A stretch of DNA of 64,000 bases. Source: Bispira polyomma. Lineage: Eukaryota. The notes below the pieces were generated by a model. That model was given only the letters and a program-made list of their open reading frames with translations. It ran no database searches and was not told the origin of the DNA. The stretch spans positions 32,984,001-33,048,000 of the forward strand of contig OZ287748.1 of the NCBI GenBank assembly GCA_965649765.1. Direction: 5' to 3'. The position numbers were made by a program, and so were the translations under genes. This document shows positions 1 to 10,119 of this stretch, piece after piece; position 1 is the stretch's first letter, and every line of letters begins with the position of its first letter.

Positions 1-664
1 CCAGGAAACCCTGACAGAACTGCACAGGTGATAAGTCATCATATTTTAAATACTGTCTGTCTCTTCCCACGCAAAACTCGTGGGGCCAATTTATCTCTAA
101 CTTAGCTTTGGTTTCCCCATTACGGTAAAGACCTGACTTGATCTTTTTACCTGGTAAATGTCCCTTGTCCTGTTCATCCAGATGGTCAAGCTGTTTATCT
201 ACACGCTTCTGCAGGTGTCTGTTGTTCTTGAGAAACAACACTGATGGCAACACGGAGGCAGTTACATTATCCGGCTGGGGCAGAACACGCCCGGGTGGAG
301 GAACAGCATCCGGCTGGTACCCTAATCTCTCTGGTTGGGCCACAGGAAGAGTTGCCAACTCACGCCACGCCTGACTAGCCTGTACTTCCGTGATCTGCTG
401 CTGTAAACTCTTCAAGTGAGCCATAATGGTCGGCAAGTCCCCGGGCGCATTGGCGGCTGATCCAGCCTCCGCCTGAGCTTGGTTGAGATTCACCGTCTCG
501 TCAAAAACCCCGGGCTCCTTCTGACCTGGTTGCAAGTCTTCATTGCCAGTCGTCAACATCTCTGACTGCTGTGAAGTTCTGACTACAAACGGACAGTCAA
601 CACCAACTGGTCGAATATGTTTTAATTCACACCTGGTACAATACGCAGGTGTAGTCCGTGGCAT
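1..664 (-). CDS. gag-like ORF1 of a DIRS/Ngaro-type (tyrosine-recombinase) retrotransposon, 3'-truncated by window edge
   Basis: Manual translation from ATG at 664, 221 codons without a stop: MPRTTPAYCTRCELKHIRPVGVDCPF...VLPSVLFLKNNRHLQKRVDKQLDHL...GKKIKSGLYRNGETKAKLEINWPHEFCVGRDRQYLKYDDLSPVQFCQGFL. The N-terminal CxxCxxxHxxPxGxxC knuckle and the KxKSG...WPHE...YDDLS..QF.QGF block resemble invertebrate DIRS-like ORF1. Absent from the ORF track because it runs off the window. Confidence 0.75.
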   Translation of the reverse strand, partial: MPRTTPAYCTRCELKHIRPVGVDCPFVVRTSQQSEMLTTGNEDLQPGQKEPGVFDETVNLNQAQAEAGSAANAPGDLPTIMAHLKSLQQQITEVQASQAWRELATLPVAQPERLGYQPDAVPPPGRVLPQPDNVTASVLPSVLFLKNNRHLQKRVDKQLDHLDEQDKGHLPGKKIKSGLYRNGETKAKLEINWPHEFCVGRDRQYLKYDDLSPVQFCQGFL

Positions 665-2149
665 AACTTAGTAAAAAAAAAAAAGGTAACAAGGTACCGT
701 AAAATCTTTTTCTTTTTGTTAAAAATAAAGGTGATAATACACCAACTAAAAACCTAAAAGTTCAAAGACATGTTGGTGGGGAAGGCAAATCCTATTTCAA
801 AGAGCTGAGACTAGGTTTGTACACTCCTCTTCCACTTCACAATAAAGAATGACCATTGCAAATGGGAATGAATTATAACCCACCTTGTATAACCCATACA
901 ACATTAAATATCCTTGACTTGTCCCTAGAGGGCAAACGCAGGCAAACTACCACACAACAATACTGCATTTAATACTAACCCAAACAGGTAAATCATAACG
1001 TCCTCTGATACATATGCCAGACCAGCATTATAACCAACAACACAAAGTAACCAGAACCTCCCCCATCAGCAGAGATATGCAACCAATGATTACCCATATT
1101 TTATAATAGTATCATATATAACAGTTTATGAAACTATCAGTTATGCCACTACACACCTAAAACCTTGCACCAATACAATCATAAGTACACATATATATCA
1201 CCATAACGTCACCCCATCACTTTTGACTGAGTGCACCAAACGTACTCCTATAGGTAGCATATAACCAATTACACTATAAGCTTAAAACAGGCACCTGTCA
1301 TAAAATCACCCCATAACTTATTATAGAGTGGATAACATTTAATACACATTTACATATGAGAAACATTAGCAAGTAATTTACAATTTAGCAAGTATTTCCG
1401 TATAACAGAGACTAGTTTTGACTGATCCTGATTGCGTAGCTCTCAGGCCATATTCTTCAATACTCGCAGCTTTTTTGTAGCGGTAGCTTCTTGACAAACA
1501 TTTCCCATCCCTCATCACCGTCGCTTTGTTTGATCTTGCTGACTAATCTCCACAATAGGAAGCCACATCTGTATTGGTGATGAGGCATGATAAAGGCACT
1601 CACTTCGCTGGAGGCCGAGATCTCAGACCAGACTGCTTGGGGTTACTGGATAAGCAGCATGATGACATCTGCCAGAACTTTCATCACTGCTCTTACTCAC
1701 GGCCATTGGTCAAGAGTTGGCATTCTTCTTCGTTCTCAATCAAACTGTATTGTAATCCCCGAAACAATCAAATATATTTAACAATAACGGTTTTTATATC
1801 CCAGATGGAGGATCATAGCGACTTTTAATTCGCCATCATTCTCCAGCTTTCTCGCAGCACCCTCTTCTATATGAGACCTGAAATTAAATTAGTATTTAAA
1901 TCCCTGCTAAGATACAGAGGAGATACAGGTAATGCTTAGTATAAATGTGAATACAAACATGAACAGAGCAAATAGCCTAGTTGCTACAAGACAACTCCTG
2001 AAATACACTTATCTGCGGCTTTACAGAAGCATTCAATGCATATGGGTCTGTATCCTAGCTGAGTGACTAGCCAACATTTTGTGACAGAGGATTGACATTT
2101 TAAGTAATCATCTGAGCAACTCTATATCTGCTTGAACTTGGGAGTCCCT

Positions 2150-2188
2150 AACTGTAACCGAAACCCAGGTCTCCTGGGTTTTTATATG
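2150..2188 (-). promoter_or_regulatory. candidate TATA box + Inr with 9-bp hairpin
   Basis: Minus strand reads TATAAAAA (2179-2186), overlapping perfect inverted repeat aaacccagg-tct-cctgggttt (2161-2181), then Inr-like ACAGTT about 30 nt downstream, pointing at the gag-like ORF. Confidence 0.4.
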
Positions 2189-2291
2189 ATTGTGTTACTT
2201 ATTGGGTCACAATAGCAGTTCTATATTATAAGGGTGGATAATAGATCTTGGGACCAGGTGAATTTCACCGATGTAAAGATAAATGGTTCTA

Positions 2292-2507
2292 CAACTGGCG
2301 GTCGCAATGTTGGCCGGGTCATAATGTTGTCCATTGCATTTTTAACAAAACTTACAGACGGAAATAAATATTGAAAGCACATGGTACTTTAGGTCTATGA
2401 ATTAAAGTACAGAATCCTATATTTTATTTTTAAGAAATCTACGTTTTAGACATTGAAATATGCATCGACCAACATTATGACCCGGGCTACCATTGTGACC
2501 GCCCGTG
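2292..2507. mobile_element. Tc1/mariner-type MITE
   Basis: ~45-bp imperfect TIRs (caactggcggtcgcaatgttggccgggtcataatgttg / caacattatgacccgggctaccattgtgaccgcccgtg), flanked by TA on both sides. Confidence 0.8.
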
Positions 2508-3508
2508 TAGTACAGTCAGAGATACATATACGTAGGGATAAGAAAAGCAAAAAGGAAAATATGTGAATAATTAATAAGTATCAACCTGAAGCACTGAAAT
2601 TATATGATAATCAAACATTGACTACAAGCCTCAGTCTTTATTATGCAATAATTTATCATATATGACACACTATAAAAAACCATCCAAATAAGTATCAATA
2701 CAAGTGTGGAAAGGCTTTCTTCTAAACCGACAAAAAGATAAAGAACAGACAAGAACAGTCTATAGTTTCATTGTGTTTTTTTTTTGTGTTTTATTTGCTG
2801 CATGTATAGTATGTATAATAATGCAATTTATCAATCCACAATAAATATTTAATCCAGCCTTAAAGCATTACCTAATAGAAATAAATTAGACATTTTACAT
2901 AAAAAAAATTACGGTTTAACCATTCAAAACGTTTAAGTTCTTAATTGAAATATATTTTTAACTCATAGTTTGGTTTGCACTATTTAAATCAGGACATCAA
3001 TATAAAGCACTATTTCTGGGTCCCAACAAAAATGTATTCAGAGAATGCATCACAACTAATTGCTATATACAAATAGGCTTAACACAATTGATAAGGTGAC
3101 AAAATACATGAATGGGCTAATTATACAACCTTATGTTCATGACAATAAATAAGTGGCTAGATGTGGGTGTGCTAATTCAGAACATAAGAAAAAAAGCAAA
3201 CTTACTGATTACCGCAAGAAATGGCAAAAACTATCATAGAATAACCAATCATTGCGAGGTTATTGTAAAGTGTATTAATCAACAGGTTTTTGCATCACAC
3301 ATTACTGAATGCCAACTCTGTCAAATGCGTTGAGACAGTCTTAGTGTGCACAGGAAGATAAAGTGGTATGTCATCGCTGTAGCATTATAAATATTATTCG
3401 TCCCACAACCCATTACTAATAATATTAGCCAGTGATAAGAGAATGATATGACATTTGGAACACTTGACTTTCACTAAACAACCGTGTTAATATTTACATG
3501 CTTTTCTT

Positions 3509-3594
3509 TATAATTGCTTGCTGACACAACACCTTGTGTTCATTCATTGTGCATCTCTCTGGATAACTTTGATCCTTTCGCCCCACAGGTAAGT
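3509..3594 (+). promoter_or_regulatory. candidate promoter and non-coding first exon of the C1q-domain gene
   Basis: TATAATT at 3509, Inr-like TCATT near 3540, strong donor CAG|GTAAGT at 3588/3589; matching acceptor TTCAG at 4599 just upstream of ATG 4611. Confidence 0.5.
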
Positions 3595-4249
3595 TTTACT
3601 GTTTTGTATTAACTATTTTAAACTCTGATTTACAGTATACCATCTTAGAATTACAAAGTACAAAATTTAAGAAACTATTACATTTTTAATTGAGTGATGT
3701 TAACATCGGTTTAGAGTGTAACGTTCAAGCTACATTGGCAAGATTGTTTTTAAAAATTAAACCTGTATGCAAGATCCTATCTCAAGAAAATGTGTGACCC
3801 AAATTTGCTGTACTTTGAACATTCCTTCATGGTGTATTTTTAAAACTTTCACTGTCAATTTAAAAAATAACACGACAAATACAGTGACATACAGTAATTT
3901 ATACCACAATTAGAGGTGTAGTGACACAAAGGCAAAGCCTGAGTGTTTCTGCGCTCCAAGAGAATGTGTTATTCCGATTCAAACACGATAAATTAAATAA
4001 TTACGTGAATGTTACTGTATATAGTAGAATACTCTATTACTGGAGGAACTATTTTTCTCTGGGCATAAATCCTACGGATCAAAATGACCCATGTGTATAT
4101 GGTTACTTTTACTGAAGCTTTTAACCTTTTAGAATCGCTGACACAGCTGTGTCATATTAAAATCCACTTCATAGTTAATATAAACTCTCAAGCCTTTGAT
4201 AATTGTATGTGACTAAATACAAATAAAAGACATTTGAAGTCCCAAAAAA

Positions 4250-4498
4250 TTTGAATTGGGATATTTAATGTCCACTTTAGTACCTGTTTAGGTGATATTG
4301 GGACGGGTAGTGGGAAACGCTGGAGGAAACACTGCATACAGTTGATCAAGGTTCTGCACTGAAACCAGCGGCCCACAGTAAGGAACAACCATCTTTCCCA
4401 CATAGGCATCAACGGGAGTCGAACTCACGCCGCCCAGAGGTGAGAGACCAGTGATTATGAAGCGCAATGCTTGCTAACCACTAGGCCATCACGGCCTC
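4250..4498 (-). mobile_element. tRNA-derived SINE (Meta-domain-like), copy 1
   Basis: Minus strand has A box TGGCCTAGTGG and B box GAGTTCGACTCCC; near-identical copies at 15672 and 43023; approximate TSD gaagtc(cc)aaaaaa. Confidence 0.9.
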
Positions 4499-4610
4499 GA
4501 AGTCAAAAAAAAAAAAAAAAATGAAAGAAATACTAATCTGGCATGTATTTAGATGTTTAAAACTTGTATTTTTGTAATATCAACTATGTGTCTATTCAGA
4601 GAAGACAGCA

Positions 4611-7600
4611 ATGATGGGAAAGATTGTGCTATTGATTGCAACTGCCTGCATCTTCACTCTATCAGCCGCAAAAATGGATAAATTTGAAGAGCAGTTAAAA
4701 GATATTGGTATACCTCGTTTTGCTATCTATTGGCATAATACTATCTGATATCATTTAAACAGTGTACACACAAAGTCAATTGTATGTAACATTATTTGGT
4801 AAGATTTAAGTGACCTTATTTTGTGCACGTGTATATTCGAAATTATTATATCATAGTTTTGTATGCTATTTTCTTGCTAAAATCTTGTTTAACTGAAAAT
4901 GTTCGCTAATATACTGGTAATGATGACAGGAGTACATCTCCCTTATTAATTACAGAACTGCCAAATGACATTGAAAGACTTCTGAACCTTGTTGACAAAC
5001 TCAAAGCTGACTTACAAAAAGAAGAGATGTTAATTGATACAGAGAGGGCTATACATAAAAACCACATAACTGAATTAACTGAGACAAATACACCCACTGG
5101 TGGAAGTACAGATAGTGGTTCAACACCCACTGGTGGAAGTACAGATAGTGGTTCAACACCCACTGGTGGAAGTACAGATAGTGGTTCTACACCTACTATA
5201 AATACAGAAAGTGGCTCTCCTCCTGCTGTGAATACAGATAGTAATTCTACACCTACAGGAAGTACAGATAGTGGTTCTACACCCACTGGTGGAAGTACAG
5301 ATAGTGGTTCAACACCCACTGGTGGAAGTACAGATAGTAGTTCTACACCTACAGGAAGTACAGATAGTGGTTCAACACCCACTGGTGGAAGTACAGATAG
5401 TGGTTCAACACCCACTGGTGGAAGTACAGATAGTGGTTCTACACCCACTGATGGAAGTACAGATAGTGGCTCTTCTCCTGCTGTAAATACAGATAGTAGT
5501 TCAATTCCCACTGGAAGTACAGATAGTAGTTCAATTCATACAGTAAGTACAGATAGTAGTTCTACACCTATAGGAAATACAGATAGTGGTTCTACACCTA
5601 CAGGAAGTACAGATAGTGGTTCAACACCCACTGGTGGAAGTACAGATAGTGATTCAACACCCATTGTTGGAAGTACAGACAGTAGTTCAACACCCATTGG
5701 TAGAAGTACAGACAGTGGTTCAACACCCACTGGTGGAAGTAAAGATAGCTCGACACCTACTGATGGAAGTACAGATAGTGGCTCTTCTCCTGCTGTGAAT
5801 ACAGATAGTAGTTCAATTGCTACTGGAAGTACAGAGAGTAGTTCAATTCCTACAGGAAGTACAGAGAGTGGCTCTTCTCCTAATGGAAGTACAGATGATA
5901 GTTCTACTCTTACCGCAAGTACAGATAGTGGCTCTTCTCCTACAGGAAGTACAGATAGTAATTCAACTCCTGCTGGAAGTACAGATAGTAGTTCTACACC
6001 TGCTGGGGGAAGTACAGAGAGTGGCTCTTCTAATGGAAGTACAGCTGGTGGTTCTTCTCCCGCGGTAAATACAGATAGTAGTTCCACTCTTACTGGAAGT
6101 ACAGATGGTAGTTCAATTTCTGCCCTTACTGGAAGTACAGACAGTAGTTCTGCTTATAGTAGTTCCACCCCTACTGGAAGTACAGACAGTGCTTCTACCC
6201 ATACTGCCATACCTTCCTCATCATCAGAAAGTTCACCCGATGGTAACTCAACAGTCACTGGTTCAACAGGTGGATCACCTGGATCCCCAGGAGGCAACAC
6301 TGACAGTGATTCTACAGTTAGTTCATCAACCGAATCATGGTCAAGCACATCACATGGAAGTACAGAGGAGGGTGGCTCTACAGTGACTGTATCGCCAAGT
6401 GGTACAGAACATACAAAAAACCATGGTACTGAACAAACTGGGTCAACATTCTCCCCACATGGAATTACCAGTAAAGATGTTTTATTGAAATCTCAGAGGT
6501 TTTACAGAGACGAAACATATTCCAAAGGTATGAAGTATTAAATGACAAAAGCATTACTTGTAGAACAGCTTATGTTGTAGACCAATGTGTTAATGGACCT
6601 CACATTTGTGAACATTATTCCTCAGATTTTATAACAGGACTTGTGTGCACAACATATGCTTGCTAAAGAACATCAAAGCTGAACTAAACACAATCATACA
6701 CTTAACAATTTTACACCGGACAATTGTAACTTAACTATCAGAGTATGAGCCACTCAGTCACTACAAATTTCCCTATCTGACAACATATGTACAAACAAAC
6801 CACAATAGAAGTAAAGGTGAGGCATACTCTATGCTTTATATCAATGCGTATAATAATCTATTTTCATCAAAATAAAACTTGAAATTCTAAAAGGTAATCT
6901 CTGATTAGATAAAACTTAATGTATTTGAATTATTTTAGGATTTTCTTGCATGGCTAATACCGTGTCTTTCTCTGCAATACGAAAACAAAGCTCTGTATCA
7001 TCAAAAGGCCCAGTGATATTTGACCAGATTGTCGCCAATTTAGGAGCTGGATTTTCGAACCCATATTTTGTGGCCCCGTGTACCGGGACCTATGCCTTTC
7101 GGCTTGAATTTGAACTTGGGAAAACGTCATCCACACCCTTATATGTAGAGCTAATCTATGAGAATGAAGTCATCTTAAAACGACAGCTGGGTACGAAATG
7201 CAGCTGCGCTGGTGACATTGCAAACATCAATCTAGATATCCATCTAGTCAAAGGTAACATTATTACAGTAGAAACTCTGCCATCTTCACAGATAGTGCGA
7301 AACCAACTATGTTAAATTTTTTGAAAATTCTAAGAAAGAATTATATAATAGATGTTGATCCTTTCTGGAAAGCAGTTTGAAATTTAAAAAAGCATTCATC
7401 AAGCTGCAGTGTAAGCTGTGCTGACAGACCTTTTTTCTAACCAGTTGTAGGACTATTTTTTTCATCTGGTAATTTTACAACTTCTCTGATGTTCAACTAT
7501 TACAATATCAGTAGGTTTTGGCCTTTTGCTTTCTGAATGACAAATTAAACAAACTGAAAAATTAACATATTTAATGATCACTGGTTGACAGAACAGCACA

Positions 7601-7962
7601 GATGTTTTGTTGTGAAGCATTTTGCATCAGCCACACTTAACCTAATAAATATTAAACTGTATATATTAATAATACATAGTAAGTATACTATGTCTCTACT
7701 ATAACTGTAGCGCCATTGTCTTATAGATACCTAATTTTCATGCTTGTGGTTTTTTGGGCTGCAACGATAATCTTGCTACCAAGTCACAAATATAATTTAT
7801 GCAATGCAATATTGTAACAAAAAGACAACCTGATAATGTGTATGTATTTATTTCTTAATTGTAGGAGAAACACTGTGGATGAGGATAGTTTCAGCCCGTA
7901 TGCCAGTTCAACTCGGCCAATACCACCTGTTCACTGGCAGATTACTTGCTGGAGAGGATTAG
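4611..7962 (+). CDS. secreted C1q-domain-containing protein with S/T/G/D-repeat stalk; join(4611..4707,4956..6527,6939..7253,7865..7962), 693 aa
   Basis: Exon 1 signal peptide MMGKIVLLIATACIFTLSAA; exon 2 coiled-coil (IERLLNLVDKLKADLQKEE) plus repeats; exon 3 C1q motifs (SFSA, VIFDQIVANLG, FVAPCTGTYAF, IHLVKG); exon 4 GETLWMR...HLFTGRLLAGED* completes the domain. All three introns are GT-AG phase 1 and the frame is continuous (2082 nt). AATAAA at 8122. Confidence 0.9.
5092..6200 (+). repeat. coding tandem repeat, 30/33-bp units encoding TDSGSTPT(G)GS
   Basis: About 35 units anchored by agtacagatagt; homogeneous at the 5' end, degenerate toward the 3' end. Confidence 0.95.
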
Positions 7963-8879
7963 GCACAGCTGTATAACCTTTTAACTAAAACTTCCAGGAC
8001 TTTTTTTAACTTTGACTTGACTTTTACATGCAGTTAAAGTATAAGTAGTATGCAGTTCTAATATTATGATTATGTATTCTTGTATAAAAGTTAATACAAG
8101 ATTTTGTAATAATTGGTGTGAAATAAACCAGTTCTTTAGTGAAATTCTATCTCTTTTTAAGTGACATTTTTTATTGGTATGTGTGTGAATCAAGTGAAAA
8201 TGTTTGTAAAAGTCATGTATCTCATTAACTCATCTTGTTCTCACAATTTCGCACTTCCTCCTTGTAGTAAGATTAAAAATACATGTATACTAGTAATGTG
8301 TAAAAATCTTTCTTGTGATGAATATTTTACTAATTTTGTTTAAACTCTATTTGAAAGATGTCATATTGCATTATTCCAGCTTTGTTTACAGGATAGTTTG
8401 TCTTTTTACATTACTATCAACATCCGAGTATTGTATTGTGACAGGCAGTTTATTGGAAGTACAGGTTAGTTGGTCAAGAATCCTGCATTATAAACTACAA
8501 ACCTTCAGCAAATCTGCTGCCAGTTATCTCAAATACATACCAAGATTGGAATATATATGACTGTAGAGATGGGAGGTTAGAGTATTACCCCTACCCCACT
8601 GAGACACCTGTTTATAGGGCAAAAGCATCCATTCTATACAAATATATGATATAATCTCAGACTTTGTCTACTTCTGATATCTATTCCTTAATATTCTAAT
8701 TTTTCACAATTATGATAAAACTTTGGAGTCAGAATCGCTATTTCTAAAAAACATTTCAAGTGGTTGATAAATTATAGAAAATATTTCAGCCAATATCAAA
8801 ATGGTTTATTTGCATGACAATGAATAATGGTGTTTAACCATTTTGAAATGTAACATACAAAAAACTGTGTGTAAAAATA

Positions 8880-9064
8880 CAGTAGAACCTCTATTACCCG
8901 ATCCTCTATTATTTGAATATTCAATTTTAGAAACTCAATTTCACACTTCCAAACTTATTTTTTGCTATTGTGTCATACTAAAATGCTTCTTTTATTTTAC
9001 GAATCTTCTATTATCCAAACAAATTTTCATTCACACAATATGGTCGGATAATAGAAGTTCTATG
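8880..9064. mobile_element. Tc1/mariner (pogo/Tigger-like) MITE
   Basis: TIRs cagtagaacctctattacccga / tcggataatagaagttctatg with flanking TA. Confidence 0.8.
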
Positions 9065-10119
9065 TATTAACACAAGAAAAAACATTGCTTGTGCCACAGG
9101 ATAAAAACTCAAGCTTGGGCCATACTGTGGTACAACATCAACCTTCATTAAGAGTGTGTACTCCTCCGATTAAAGACTTTGTTTTAACCAGAATAAGTTC
9201 ATTATAGGAGGAACGATAGTAGTGGGAGCTATTCACATTATCTATTACAGTAAGGTCACACTTAAATGTTACACAGCAAAACCTCCTCTGTTCAAACTTA
9301 TATTACAAGATTATCTGATTTTCTGGACTCATTTTCACTCTCCCAAATGCATAATCTCCACTTGATTTCATTCTAACTTGACTCTTTTATATTACGTTCA
9401 TGCTATTATTCAAAGAAAATCTTGCTCTCCCAACAGCGTAAGTTTCAATTCATGATGTAATAAGTTAGGGTGACAGAGATTATGGTCACTTATTCAAAGT
9501 CGTCTTTGTACATTTCCACTCTGCAGATGGCAACATATGGAGATGTATGGCCCAGACTTAGTTTTTCCTTCATAGTAGCAAAAATAAGCGAGATTTTGGT
9601 CTATTTTTCAAGTAGAGTTGTGAGAAGTTTTATGAAATAAATTTTTATGCATATTCAGGAAAATCTTTCAACAAGATAAAGCAAAGTTGGTTGATACTAA
9701 AAGCCAAATATTTCATACCACCAATGAGCATATCTGTGTATGTGGTAATAAACTTATCTTGACATTTAATTAAATCCTCCATATTATCCCTATTTTTATT
9801 GTGAGCACCTTTGGAAATCTGTTCACTAAAATCACTTTCCTGACCAGCCACCCATTACATGAGTCATCAACAGCTCTGTGCCTGACTAGATTTGTATTGT
9901 AAATTTATGAATAAAAATATATTTTCCTAACTATGAATGATAACGGAAACAACATTTAGAAAATAAAGAACACAGACAAGGATTACTTAAAACAACAGAG
10001 GCTGTACATCACATTTGTTTTAATAGTAACACAACAAAAAATAACCTAATACCACAAGAGAAGAACTATTATTTACAGATAATTAACCTGAGTCTGAGTT
10101 AACAGTGATTCGGTCTAAT

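Larger units (their letters stand above)
1..2190 (-). mobile_element. 5' part of putative DIRS/Ngaro retrotransposon (promoter, leader, ORF1); boundary approximate
   Basis: Gag-like ORF plus upstream leader and a minus-strand TATA/Inr-like promoter near 2150-2186; the terminal repeat cannot be confirmed within the window. Confidence 0.45.

Noticed and set aside
4420-4498. tRNA genes at SINE heads (also ~15850, ~43200, ~54660)
   Set aside because: A/B boxes are present but they continue into SINE bodies with tails or TSDs and no convincing cloverleaf.
5092-6200. Ice-nucleation or antifreeze-type beta-solenoid
   Set aside because: Pro in most units and variable 10/11 period favour a disordered glycosylated stalk; the GYGST consensus is absent.
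4906-6386. Antisense and alternate-frame ORFs (VGVEPLSVLPP, VEVQIVVQHPL repeats)
   Set aside because: Shadows of the stop-poor coding tandem repeat.
7254-7380. Frameshifted or truncated C1q C-terminus (pseudogene)
   Set aside because: Explained by an intron; the true last exon is 7865-7962.
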